Positions 1 through 17,499 of a stretch of DNA of 64,000 nucleotides are shown one piece after another. The stretch lies in assembly GCF_009914755.1 (NCBI RefSeq), contig NC_060940.1. One strand, given 5' to 3'. The DNA is from the human T2T-CHM13v2.0 reference genome, Homo sapiens. The notes under the pieces were generated by a model. That model did no database searches, was not told the origin of the DNA, and saw nothing but the letters and a program-made list of their open reading frames with translations. The number at the start of each line of letters is the position of its first letter. Position 1 is the stretch's first letter. Position numbers and translations under genes: made by a program.

Positions 1-424
1 CTGGCCAATATGGTGGAACCCCCATCTCTACTAAAAAACATAAAAATTAGCCGGGCATGGTGGTGTGTGCCTGTAGTCCCAGCTACTCAGGAGGCTGAGG
101 CAGGAGAATCGCTGGAACCCGGGAGGGAGAGGTTGCAGTGAGTTGAGATCGGTGCCACTGCACTCCAGCCTGGGTGACACAGCAAGACTCCGTCTCAAAA
201 AAAAAAAAAAAAGAAAAAAGAAAGAAAAAAAGAAACAGAACAAATGGTAAAAATAAAGTGCTAGGATTGAGAAAGGCCATAGGGGGTGCTGTGGCGACAT
301 TTCTGTCTCTCCTTGAAATAAAGCCACACATGCCGGGTGCGGTGGCTCACGCCTGTAATCCCAGCACTTTGGGAGGCCAAGGCGGGCGGATCACCAGGTC
401 AGGAGATGGAGACCATCCTGGCTA

Positions 425-710
<286 letters not shown>

Positions 711-1566
711 TCACCATCCTTCTGTCTGAATTTCTTTGTATCCATCTATCTGCCTTCTTTCTCTTCTATTCCTTCTAACAGGAGATTTTAGTGACTGTTG
801 CTTCCTGAAGAACTATCCTAACTATCCTATTTCTATTCCTGTAAAATTGTCTCCTGGGAGCAGGGAGTCTCCTTTGGGAGCCTGGCTCATTCTTCTGCTC
901 CTAGAAAAATAACCGAGGTCTCTCTGGCTCAGGATGCAGAGCCAAGCCAGGGCCAGGTGCCAGGTGCCAGGTGCAGCCAGCAGGAAGTGCTGGATCTTCT
1001 CTCTAGGGTCACTGCACAGTCACCACTCACCTCCATCCCATTCCATCTTCCATATGCAGAAAAACTGGGTTCCTTTCCAGATCTGCAGGCTGGGACTGCG
1101 GGCTGGGAGGTGGCCTCCAGTAAGGAAGGGAAGAGGGAGGAATTGTCTCTCAGTAGAAATAGTCATCATTTCCTGACACTTCCCCTGTGCCACAGGTTTA
1201 AAGATCATTTTTTAACATTTGAGTATGTATCAGTAATATGTCTATGGAGTAAAAAAAGGGGTAATTAGTAAAAATTCCCCTGCCCTTGTCCTGAGATGTA
1301 TGCTGCATTTAGAAACAGATACATATATATTCTTGCTTTTTTAACCCAAATGGTGGCTTACCTGATACACTTGTTCATCTTGTTTTTTTTGTTTGTTTTG
1401 TTTTTGAGATGGTGTCTCGCTGTTGTTGGAGGGCAGTGTCATGAGCATAGCTCACTGAACCTTGAACTCCTGGGCTCAAGCAATCCTCCTGCCTTAGCCT
1501 CCTAAGTAGCCAGGACTACAGATGTGTGCCACCACACCTGGATAATTTTTATTTTTGTAGAGATAG

Positions 1567-1695
<129 letters not shown>

Positions 1696-1941
1696 TAATA
1701 ATATACCTTCTATAAATATAATTTTTGATACATCTCCATGTAGAGCTATGTAATTGCTGGACGGATGTGTCAAAATTTATTTAACCCCTCTCCGATCAAT
1801 AGAAATTTAGGCTGCCCCTAGGCAGTTGTTGTTGCCACAGCCCTGGGACCTAAGCTCTAGTCTTATATCCCCATTTTACAGATGAGAAAACAGGCTCAGA
1901 AAGTTTGTGGCACATGGTCCAGCTCACATAGGAAATAATCA

Positions 1942-2330
<389 letters not shown>

Positions 2331-3191
2331 TTACCCACACACATAATTTTCTGTTTTGGAATAGTTTTAGATCTACAGAAAACCTTTGAGGATAAGATAG
2401 TGAGTTTTCACATGGCCCACGCCCAGTTTCCCCTACTATTAACATCCTACATCAATATGGTACATTTCTCACAATTAATGAACCAAGAGTGATACATGAC
2501 TATTAACTGAAGTCCCTACTTTATTAAGATTTCCATAGTTTTTAATGTGTTTTAACTTGTGTTCCAGGAACTGAGTAGCTCAGATTATAGGCGTGCACCA
2601 CCACATTCAGATAATTTTTAAAATTTTTTGGAGAGATGGGGTCTCACTATGTTGCTCAGGCTAGTCTCCAACTCCTGGGCTCAAGCCATCCTCCTACCTC
2701 AGCCTTCTAAAGTGCTGGGATTATAGGCATGAGCCACTGCGTCCAGCCTTTTTTTTTTTTTGAGACGGAGTCTCACTCTGTTGCTCAGGCTGGAGTGCAG
2801 TGGCACAATCTCGGCTCACTGCAAGCTCCGCCTCCTGGGTTCAAGCAATTCTCTGCCTCAGCCTCCTGAGTAGCTGGGGTTACAGGTGCCCACCACCATA
2901 CACAGCTAATTTTTTGTATTTTTTTTAGTAGAGGCAGGGTTTCACCATCTTGGCCAGGCTGGTCTCGAACTCCTGACCTTGCGATCCACCTGCCTTGGCC
3001 TCCCAAAGTGCTGGGATTACAGGCATGAGCCACCACACCCAGTCTCCAGCCTCCTTTTTTTTTTTTTTTAAATGACCTTGACAGTTTTGAGGAATACTAA
3101 TCAGGTATTCTGTAGAATGCCCCTCAGTTGAATTTGTCTGATATTTTTCTTATGACCACAGAGGTAAAGTGCCCTTCTCATCCCATCGTAG

Positions 3192-3532
<341 letters not shown>

Positions 3533-3728
3533 TGATCCCGGATGATGTTAACTTTGATCATCTGTCTGAGACAGTGTTTGTCAGGTATTATCTAATATAA
3601 AACCCACCCTCACCCTCTTCCACCACCACTTCCATACTGCACTCTTTTGGAAGGATGTCGCTATGGGCAACTCACACTTAAGGAGTAGGGAGCTAAGCTC
3701 CCCATCCTTAAAGTATCTACGTAAATGA

Positions 3729-4142
<414 letters not shown>

Positions 4143-4514
4143 TAGTGCAAAACGTAAAAGACAAACACTGCACGTGGTTTTCTCTTCACTCGGCCCTCTA
4201 GCTCCCCACCCAGAGCTACCACAGGTAGCCAGTTTTTTGCACCCTCTAGGGAGATAGCTTAGGCATTTACAAGCATGTACAAATATATTTTTTGGTTTCC
4301 TTTTTGTTCCCAAATGGTAACTTACTAGATGCACTGATTTGGAGTCTTGGGGTTTTTTGCGTGTGGACTTTTTATTTTTTAATTTTAAAGATGGGGGTCT
4401 CACTGTGTTGGCCAGGTTGGTCTCAAACTTGTGAGTTTGTGCGGTCCTCCAGCCTCGGACTCCCAAAATGCGAGGATTACAGACGTGAGCCACCACTCCC
4501 AACCAGTTATTTTT

Positions 4515-4630
4515 GTTATTTATTTCTTTATTAGATCAGGTTTGATTTTAGATGCAGGGGGTCCATGTGCATGTTTGTTACATGGGTGTACCGGGTCCTG
4601 GTGGAGACTGGGCTCCCAGTGCGCCCATTC
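4515..4630 (-). mobile_element. Short 3'-end fragment of an old primate L1 (L1PA/L1PB-like) just upstream of the promoter
   Basis: ttttagatgcagggggtccatgtgcatgtttgttacatgggt resembles the antisense L1 3' terminus; gttattttt occurs on both sides (4506-4514, 4635-4643) as a possible TSD. Confidence 0.6.
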
Positions 4631-4833
4631 TATTGTTATTTTTTAAGCTCAGTGAGACATCAGGGAGGTCGCTGCTTGTCGCCACCGCTGGATGGAGCCT
4701 TGCCGGATCTCCCGGGCTCTGCAGCCCCTCTGCGGTCCCTGATGCTCGGCTCCTCGCGGGGGCGCCCCACTCCGGCTTCTGTGATGTCAGCGCCGGAACC
4801 TGGAATCCCGGCTCCGCGAGGGAAGGCCGGGGA

Positions 4834-4854
4834 GGCGGCGGCGGCGGCGGCGGC
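4834..4854 (+). repeat. (GGC)7 trinucleotide repeat upstream of the TMC7 ATG
   Basis: Seven uninterrupted GGC units ending 44 nt before the start codon. Confidence 0.95.
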
Positions 4855-4898
4855 TGGAGAGGGTCCTCGGCAGCCTCTGAGGAGCGCGGGGCGCGGCC

Positions 4899-4965
4899 AT
4901 GAGCGAGTCCAGCGGCAGTGCGCTCCAGCCCGGCAGGCCCAGCCGGCAGCCGGCGGTCCATCCAG
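4899..4965 (+). CDS. TMC7: TMC7 coding exon 1 (MSESSGSALQPGRPSRQPAVHP + 1 nt)
   Basis: ATG in GCGGCCATGA context inside a CpG island; donor CAG|GTAGGG at 4966; 67 nt, phase 1, joins exon 2 in frame (G+AG = Glu). Confidence 0.95.
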
Positions 4966-5394
4966 GTAGGGCGGCAGGGAGCGCGCGCGGGGACGGTGCC
5001 CCTGGGGTCCGAGGGCGCACGGAGGGAGCCGGGTGCTGGAGGCTCGGCCTGGCCGCTGTTCCCTCCCACCCCCGGCGCCGGGTGCTCCCGGCTCTGGGGA
5101 ACAGCAGGTGGGAAGGAGATCTTCCTTATTCCTGCTCCCTCCACAAACGCGTCCTCATCCAATCCAGTGGAACCCAGCCGGGCCAAAAGGACACGAGAAC
5201 TGCAGTCTGGACCGTGGTGGGTTTGTCTTCCAGCTGTTGACCGAGACAGTCTTTCAATAGCCTCATCTGCTGTTAAATGAAAGGATTTGAGCACCCCCTC
5301 CACGCCTAACATTCTGGTATGAGGTGCCTGCCTCCCGGACATTTCAGCCTTCACATACAGTTAGACCAACTTGAAACCGAATTCTGCCTTGTCT

Positions 5395-5560
5395 GTTTAT
5401 TGCTGTGGGACCTTTGGTAAGTGGCTTGCCTTCTCTGAGCCTCAGATCCTTCAGCAGTAAAATGGGAATAGAATGGGGCGGGGATTAGCTGAGAATCGTG
5501 TGATGTGTCTAGCACAGTGCCTGGCATTGTGGCTAGACAGTCACAATAAATGGTAGCCAG
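5395..5560 (+). mobile_element. MIR element
   Basis: ctgtgggacctttggtaagtggcttgccttctctgagcctcag...gtaaaatgggaata matches the MIR core. Confidence 0.75.
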
Positions 5561-7041
5561 CCAAGTATTATAATCTTTTGTATCGGGTAGAATTACAGTA
5601 AAGTATACAGCTCCATGAATTTCTACAGAAATATGTACAACGGCTGCCCAGTCAGGATAAAAAAGTTGCCAGCACTCAGGCAGGGTTCCTTGTAGCATTT
5701 GGAGCTTACGAATCTTGTCCTGAACAAAACACAAGACCCTGCTGTAAAGTTTTATCTGCAATGTTTTCTCTTTTTCAATTTTAGAATAGAGATTTACTGA
5801 AACCAAGGATGTAGGGCCGGGCGTGGTGGCTCACGCCTGTAATCCCAGCACTTTGGGAGGCTGAGGCGGGTGGATCACGAGGTCAGGAGTTCAAGACCAG
5901 CCTGGCCAAGATGGTGAAACCCCATCTCTACTGAAGATACAAAAATTAGCCAGGAGTGGTGGTGGGTGCTTGTAATCCCAGCTACTTGGGAGGCTGAGGC
6001 AGAGAATAGCTTGAACCTGGGAGGCGGAGGTTGCAGTGAGCCGAGATTGCGCCACTGCACTCCAGCCTGGGCGACAGACCAAGACTGTTTCAAAAAAAAA
6101 AAAAGAAACCAAGGATATAGAATAAAACATGAGTGTAGATTTGGTCATTGAGGCCTTCAAATTGGATTGTTCCCAATGTCCAGAAGAAAAAAAAAATTTA
6201 GAAGAGACCCAAATCAGAAAACAAAAGTTGGGGTGGATTCAATGCGAATTATTTTCTAGCTCAATATTAATACTGCTTATGTCAGCTGAATTTCAGCTTT
6301 TCAATAACAGCTAGTCAAGTATTTTTTTAGTTGGTTCCTATTAATAGTCATCTTATTTTAGTGGAATCCATTATATTGAAGATGTCAAGTTCCTCATTTC
6401 CCATACAAAGAATGTGAGATTCATCTTTCTTGCATCTTTGCTAAGTGTATGAGGGGACTTTTGGCATCTTTTCAGGAGGACTATAATTGGGCCCTCTAAC
6501 TAAAAAGTCTTCTATGCCCCTTAGATAGATGAGTTTTTTTTTTTTTTTTTGATCTTGTACCCACCAACATTGGTGGGAGGCTCAGAAGGGACTGTGTTTG
6601 TAACTTTGTAGCACTTTCTAAACAGTGACCTGTTGTATGGGCATTATAGGACAGTCCGTGGGGTGGGGCGGGGGATGGGGGAGGCGACAAATGAGGTCTG
6701 GTTTAAAGAATGAGAAGTGTGACCAGGCATGGTGACTCATGCCTGTAATCCAGCACTTTGGGATGCTGAGGCAGGAGGATCACTTGAGCCCAGGAGTTTG
6801 AGGTTACAGTAAGCTATGATTATGACACTGGGCTCCAGCCTGGGTGACAGAACTAGACCCTGTCTCTAAAAAAAAAAGAAGAGGTATGTATCCTTCTAAA
6901 TGATAAAACAGATCACTCCCCTGCTTACATAAAACTTTCCGGTGGCTGGCCAGGCACAGTGGCTCACACCTGTAATCCCAGCACTTTGGGAGGCCGTGGT
7001 GGGCAGATCACGAGGTCAGGAAATCGAGACCATCCTGGCTA

Positions 7042-7819
<778 letters not shown>

Positions 7820-8166
7820 TAGTAGAGACAGGGTTTCACCGTCTTAGCCAGGATGGTCTCGATCTCCTGACCTCGTGATCCGCCCACCTGGGCCTCCCAA
7901 AGTGCTGGGATTACAGGTGTGAGCCACCGTACCCGGCCATAGAGCAGCCTCTTCCTTTTCCTGTTGGGTCTCTACTCAAATGTCATGTCAGAGAGGCAGA
8001 CCTCTGGGGCGGTCTATCTGAGGCAATGCACCCATCTCACTTCCTCTGACCAGTTAGTTACCTTGCTTATTCTTTCAAAGCTCTTACCACCACCTGAAGT
8101 CATCTATCTGGTTTGGTTATTTTCTTGTTTAGTAGCAGTCTTTATTTTATTATTATTATTTTTTGA

Positions 8167-8268
<102 letters not shown>

Positions 8269-8329
8269 TGAGTAGCTGGGACTACAGGCACGTGCCACCA
8301 TGCCCAGCTGATTTTTGTACTTTTAGTAG

Positions 8330-8506
<177 letters not shown>

Positions 8507-8907
8507 TAGAATGGCATCTGGCACACAGCAGATGCTACATCTATTGTGAATGAATAAATGAATGAATGAAAGAAGTGTCCTTGCAGCCACACTGGCAGCC
8601 GTAACATAGTGGTTATAAAGCTAGACTCTGGAGTCTCAAGTGCAAATGTCATTGGCCTCTCCTCCAGCCTCCTCAAGGGACACTCAATGAAAGAACCTGG
8701 AAGGGCCTTGATATGACTGTGGTTGGACTGACCTGACTGCCAGATGGTGGGACTTGGTCTGGAGCAGGGACTACTTGGAACGGTAGAGGCAAAACTCAAC
8801 AGCCCCTGGAGCTGCGCTTGTGGTGGAGCTGGACACTGATTTTAGCTGGACCTTGTTTTTAAAGACAGGGTTTCCTTCTGCAGTCTCAAACTCCTAGCCT
8901 TGATTGA

Positions 8908-9442
<535 letters not shown>

Positions 9443-9697
9443 TAGAGACAGAGTCTTGCTATGTTGCCAGGCTGGTCTCAAACTCCTGGGCTCAAGGGAT
9501 CTTCTTGCCTTGGCCTCCTGGAGCACTTGATTACGGGCATGACTGCATGTGCCGTTGTGCCTATACTTTCTGGAGATACGTTGTTAGGAATTTATGTAGT
9601 TGGCCGGGCACAGTGCCTCACACCTGTAATCCCAGCACTCTGGGATGCCGAGGCTGGTGGATCACCTGAGGTCAGGAGTTCAAGACCAGCCTGGTCA

Positions 9698-9922
<225 letters not shown>

Positions 9923-10720
9923 CTATTCTTTGGACGTCTTTCAGTCCAGTAGACGGTGTTAAACTTGAAGACAAATAACCATTTGACCTGTGATATTTGT
10001 TTTTCCCTCTTATCTTCTAAGCCCATTCGTCCAGGTCATTCATCACCTTTAAAGGCATCCCCAGAGGGAGGCAGGTCTGGACAGAGCTGAAGATTGCACA
10101 GGCCATTTGCAGGCTGGATTCGTTCTCTGGTGACCCACCCGTCTGACTCGAGTTATTTTTTCCCCATGTCTGGACAAGACTGACCTCTGCCCAGCAACTC
10201 AGGCCTGGATTTAGTCCAAGGGCCCTCAGTGGCTTTTTTTTGTTTGTTTTTTTCAGGAAGTGAAGAATTTAGAGGGATAAAAGGCGGAAATAACTTTTCA
10301 GCCTCTGACCTTTGTAACAATCTGGTTTCCTTTTAAAGGAGCATTGTTTGGGTCTGGGGCCGCCTAGACCTTCTGATGCTCTTTCCCCACCCTTGGAGGA
10401 GGAGGAAAGGAAGAAAATGGGCCCTGAGCGATCACCACATACCAGGCCCTGGAGGTCTAGTGGCAAAGGAGGCAGGTAGGGTCTCTTGCTTTCATGGAGC
10501 TTCTAGTCAAGCGAGACGCACTAAACGGTAAAGGGACAAATAGGATTACTGGAGGTAGCCCTAACTACTGGGACAGAAACAAGATGGTAAGATAGAGAAG
10601 GAAGAGTGGCCTGCTCAGGTGGGGTGGTCCAGAGGCCTCTCGGGGGGAGGCGACTCCTTTTTTTTATTTTTTTTGAGATGATATCTAGCTCTGTCGCCCA
10701 GCCTGAAGTGCAGTCGTGTG

Positions 10721-11187
10721 TTTCATGCGCGTCCATGTGAAGAGACCACCAAACAGGCTTTGTGTGAGCAACATGGCTGTTTATTTCACCTGGGTGCAGG
10801 CGGGCTGAGTCCGAAAAGAGAGTCAGCAAAGGGTGGTGGATTATCATTAGTTCTTATAGGTTTTGGGATAGGCGGTGAAGTTAAGAGCAATGTTTTGCAG
10901 GCAGGGGTGGATCTCACAAAGTACATTCTCAAGGGTGGGGAGAATTGCAAAGAACCTTCTTAAGGGTTGGGGAGATTACAAAGTACCTTCTTAAGGGTGG
11001 GGGAGATTACAAAGTACATTGATCAGTTAGGATGGGGCAGAAACAAATCACAATGGTGGAATGTCATCAGTTAAGGCTATTTTTACTTCTTTTGTGGATC
11101 TTCAGTTACTTCAGGCCATCTGGATATATACGTGCAAGTCACAGGGGATGCAATGGCCTGGCTTGGCTTGGGCTCAGAGGCCTGACA
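10721..11187 (-). mobile_element. Solo HERV-H LTR (LTR7 family, probably LTR7B/type II)
   Basis: Minus strand reads TGTCAGGCCTCTGAGCCCAAGC...GGACGCGCATGAAA; three copies of the about 31-bp ttcttaagggtgggggagattacaaag unit; perfect 5-bp TSD GTGTG (10716-10720, 11188-11192). Confidence 0.93.
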
Positions 11188-11355
11188 GTGTGATCTTGGC
11201 TCACTGCAAACTCTGCCTCCTGCGTTCAAGCAATTTTTGTGCCTCAGCTTCCCGAGTAGCTGGGATTACAGGTGCCCGCCACCATGCCCGGCTAATTTTT
11301 GTATTTTTAGTAGAGACAGGGTTTCACCAGATTGGCCAGGCTCGTCTCGAACTCC

Positions 11356-11815
11356 TGTCTCACGTGTCCGTGTGAAGAGACCACCAAACAGGCTTTGCGT
11401 GAGCAGCGTAGCTGTTTATTTCACCTGGGTGCAGGTGGGCTGAGTCCGAAAAAGGAGTCAGCAAAGGGTGGTGGGATTATCGTTGGTTCTTATAGGTTTT
11501 GGTATAGGCGGTGGAGTTAAGAGCAATGTTTTCGGGGCAGGAGGTGGATCTCACAAAGTACATTCTTAAGGGTGAGGAGAATTACAAATAAACTTCTTAA
11601 GGGTGGGGGAGATTATAAAGAACCTTCTTAAGAGTGGGGCAGATTACAAAGTACATTGATCAGTTAGGGTGGGGTAGAAACAGATCACAATGGTGGAATA
11701 TCATCAGTTAAGGCTGTTTTCACTTCTGTGGATCTTCAGTTGCTTCAGGCCATCTGGATGTATACGTGCAGGTCACTGGGATATGATGGCTTAGCTTGGA
11801 CTCAGAGGCCTGACA
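11356..11815 (-). mobile_element. Full-length 3' LTR of the HERV-H provirus (460 bp)
   Basis: TGTCAGGCCTCTGAG...GGACACGTGAGACA on the minus strand, directly preceded by the PPT; AATAAA on the minus strand near 11415. Confidence 0.95.
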
Positions 11816-11899
11816 TTCCTGTCTTCTTATGTTAATAAGAAAAATAAAACAAAATAGTGGTAAAGTGTCTGGGCAGTGAAAATTTTTGGGGGTGGTATG

Positions 11900-14090
<2,191 letters not shown>

Positions 14091-14137
14091 TATCCACTCC
14101 AAGAGGGAGTCAAGAGTGGAGGATTGGGGATAGATAT

Positions 14138-16160
14138 TCACGATGGAAAGGAAATGAGAAGTTTTAAGAGGTGGGCTAACAGCTTGTAACCTACATGGAA
14201 GAAGTTATGAAATGATGACAGAATAGAATGGGCCTGTGAGGCTGGAAGGAGATATTTTCCTTGATCCAAGAACCATTTGCCTTGTGTGGGAAGAGATTGA
14301 TAGGTGGAAACTTCAGTAGAAGAGTAAATAGGAGTGACCAATGAGAAGGAGAAAAACGGGCCATGAGGGACAGAAGTTGAAACGCTAGCTGCTTCTTTAA
14401 CTACCTTATCAGCATAAGTGTTGCCCTGAGTGATGGGATCTGATGCCTTTTGATGGCCCTTGCAGTGAATGACTCCAGCTTCCTTTGGAAGTAAAGCAGC
14501 TTTGAGAAGTTTTTATTAGAGAGGCATTAATGATGGAGGACCCTTGCATAGTGAGGACATTCTTTCTGCCCATATAACAGCATGGTGGTGCAGGATATGG
14601 AAGGCATATTTAGAGTCAGTATAAATATTGACGTGTAGTCCCTTTGCAAGAGAGAGGGCCCGAGTTAAGGCAATGAGTTCAGCCTGCTGAGAGGTAGTGG
14701 AGGGGGGCAGAGTGGTAGCCTCAATGATAGATGTGGAAGATACTATAGCATAGCCTGCCTTTGCTGGTGAGTGGTGATTAGGCCTGGTGGAGCTGCCATC
14801 AATAAACCAAGTGTGATCAGGGTAAGGAACAGGAAAGAAAGAAATATGGGGAAATGAAGTGAATGTCGGGTGGATCAGAGAGATACAGTCATGGGGGTCA
14901 GGTGTGGTATCTGGAATAATGTGGGAGGCCGGATTGAAGTCCAGGCCAGGAACAATGGTAAGTGTGGGAGACTCAACAAAGACTGAGTATACCTGAAGGA
15001 GCTGGGGGGCAGAAAGTATATACTTCAAGTGTGAGGAGGAAAATAGATTTTGAAAGTTATGAGAACTGTAGAGAGTAAGTGGAGCATAGTTTGTGATTTT
15101 GAGGGCCTCTAAAAGTATTAAAGCAGCAGCAGCAGCCGCCACATGCAGACATGAGGGCTATGCGAAAACAGTAAGGTCAAGTTGTTTGGACAGAAAGGCT
15201 ACAGGGCGCACTCCTGGCTCTTGTGTAAGAATACTGACTATCGTGCCACTGCACTCCAGCCTGGGTGACACGGCGAGACTCTTCTCAAAAAAAAAAAAAA
15301 GAATTCTGACCGCACAGCCCTGTACTTTGGCTGTGTGTAATGAAAAGGGTGGGGATGAGTTAGGGAGAGCTAGTGTGGGAACAGCTTTTAGGGCTGCTTC
15401 TTAAGGAATGGAAAGGGGAGTGGGGAAAGGAGTTAGGATTTATGGGGTCAGCTAGGTTTATCTAGAACAGAATGGGTTGTGGAGGGAGGTATTGAGGATA
15501 GGAGAGTATATGGGTTTGGCACCACGGGGTGGATAGGGAAGATAATTTGGTTGATAAGGCTCAGATCCTGAGCTAACCTGTAAGACTTGTCCAGTTTTTG
15601 GACAGCTAAAATGGGGGAATTGTAAGGAGAGTTTATAGGCTTTAAAAGGCCATGCTGTAACAGGCAAGTGATAACAGGCTTTAATCCTTTTAAAGCGTGC
15701 TGTGAGATGGGATATTGGCATTGAGCGGGGTAAGGGTGATTAGGTTTTAATGGGATGGTAAGGGGTGCATGATCCGTTGCCAAGGCGGGAGTAGAGGTGT
15801 CCTATACTTGTGGATTAAGGTGGGGAGATACAAGGAAAGGATGTGAGGGAGGCTTTGAACTGGGGGAAAAGGCGGCAATGAGGTGTGGCTGTAGCCCAGG
15901 AATAGTCAGAGAAGCAGATAATTTAGTTAAAATGTCTCATCCTAATAAGAGCTGGGCAGGTGGGGATAAATAAAAGGAGTACATTAAAGAATGTTGTCCA
16001 AGTTGGCACCAGAGTTGGGGAGTTTTAAGAGGTTTAGCAGCCTGGCTGTCAATACCTACAACGGTTATGGAGGCAAGGGAAACTGGCCCTTGAAAAGAGG
16101 GTAATGTGGAGTGGGTAGCCTCCGTATTGATTAAGAAGGGGACAGACTTACCCTCCACTG
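14138..16160 (-). pseudogene. HERV-H pro-pol remnant
   Basis: Protease FLINTEATHS (catalytic DTG degraded); RT N-terminus SPYNSPILAVQK...YRLAQDL...PNPYTLLS with the YxDD region deleted; RNase H WFIDGSS, QQAELIAL, NIYTDSKYAF; integrase N-terminus truncated. Confidence 0.9.
15240..15298 (+). mobile_element. Severely 5'-truncated Alu (about 60 bp) inside HERV-H pol
   Basis: atcgtgccactgcactccagcctggg...ctc(A)n flanked by aagaatactgac / aagaattctgac (11/12 match). Confidence 0.9.
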
Positions 16161-16219
16161 TAAGAGTTACCCAAAGCGTCCGTGATGGTCCGGGAGGCTT
16201 CTGAGGTGATCAGGCAGCA

Positions 16220-17499
16220 TCAGTCTTCAGCCACTAAGCTGAGAAGATCTGGGAAGGAATCAGTCAGCGAGCCTTGGGCCAGAGTTCCAGGGGCTCTGGG
16301 AGTGGCTGCCGGGCGAGTTGGACAGTCCAATTTCCAATGGGGTCCCACACAGATGGGACACGGCTTAGGAGGAATCCTGGGCTGCGGGCATTCCTTGGCC
16401 CAGTGGCCAGATTTCCAGCACTTAGAGCAAGATCCTGGGGGAGGCGGTCCTGGAGGAACGCCTGGCCGCTGCGGTTCAGACGTTTTGAAGTTCTTGTGTG
16501 CTAGAGATGTGGCTGGGGTTTCTCTCACAGTGGAGGCAAGTAATTGCAACTCAGAAATACGTTGCTACTTGGCTGCATCTACTCTATTATTGTACACCTT
16601 GAAAGCGAGGTTAATAAGGTCCTGTTATGGGGTTTGAGGGCCGGAATCTAATTTTTGGAGCTTTTTCCAATGTCAGGAGTGGACTGGGTAATAAAGTGCA
16701 TATTGAGAATAAGACAGCCTTCCTCCTGGATCTAGGACAGTAAAGTGTCTAAGGGTTGTTGCCAAGCATGCCATGAACTGGGCTGGGTTTTTATATTTGA
16801 TGAAAAAAAACCTAAATGCTAACTGATTTGGGAGTGGTCAGATAAAGAAACCTTGACTTGCCTTTAGCTCCAGCCACCTTTTTAAGAGGAAATTGTTGGG
16901 CAGGTAGGGGAGGGCTAGTTGCAGAACGAATCTGTAAGCCAGACTGGGTGTGAGGAGGGGAGGTGACAGATAGATCCTAGGGTTGGGGAGCAGCGGCTGA
17001 GGAAGAATTGGGACCTGGCTTGGCCTGGCGAGGAGCAGCCTGGGGAGAAGGGGAGAGGTCAGATGAGTCTGTAGAAAAGAAGGATTCAAAGGACTCAGAG
17101 CTTGGGGTGGTGACTGAGGGAACAGACAGGAGAAAGAAGAAAGATTTGGGACAAGTCGCATTGGGAGCAGAGACTAGGGAGGGAGCAATGTGTAAAAGAA
17201 TGCCTGGATGTCAGGCACCTCAGACCATTTCCCATTTTTCAACAAAAATTATCTAGATCTTGTAGGAATTTGCCCATTTTTCGACAAAAACTATCTAGAT
17301 CTTATAGGATAGACAGATCGAAAGTGCCATTCTCTGGCCACTTGGAACTACTGTCGAGTTTGTATTGGGGCCAAGCAGTATTGCAGAAGAAAATAAGGCA
17401 TTTAAGTTTTAGGTCAGGTGCGAGTTGAAGAGGTTTTAAGTTCTTGAGAACACAGGCTAAGGGAGAAGAAGGGGGAATGGAGGGCGGAAGGTTGCCCAT
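16220..17499 (-). pseudogene. HERV-H gag remnant
   Basis: Starts MGNLPPSIPPSSPLACVLKNLKPL; nucleocapsid region has two zinc knuckles ([27 protein letters not shown]); broken by frameshifts and stops. Confidence 0.9.

Larger units (their letters stand above)
4660..5250 (+). promoter_or_regulatory. CpG island / TMC7 promoter and 5' UTR
   Basis: Very GC- and CpG-rich relative to the rest of the window. Contains a CRE-like TGATGTCA (4782-4789) and an ETS-like CCGGAA (about 4793) upstream of the ATG; no TATA box seen. Boundaries approximate. Confidence 0.85.

Noticed and set aside
4578-5354. 258-aa minus-strand ORF across the TMC7 promoter, and overlapping + strand ORFs
   Set aside because: Stop-poor because the region is a GC-rich CpG island; low-complexity Pro/Ala/Gly content, no recognisable domain, and it ends in an L1 fragment.
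10920-11660. About 31-bp repeats resembling a CRISPR-like array
   Set aside because: Direct tandem units with no unique spacers; they are the internal repeats of HERV-H LTRs. The same applies to the SVA VNTR.
14516-15142. 208-aa ORF with RNase H motifs as a possible domesticated gene
   Set aside because: It is an internal fragment of decayed HERV-H pol that frameshifts before the end of the domain; RT core and integrase core are deleted and the 5' LTR promoter is gone.
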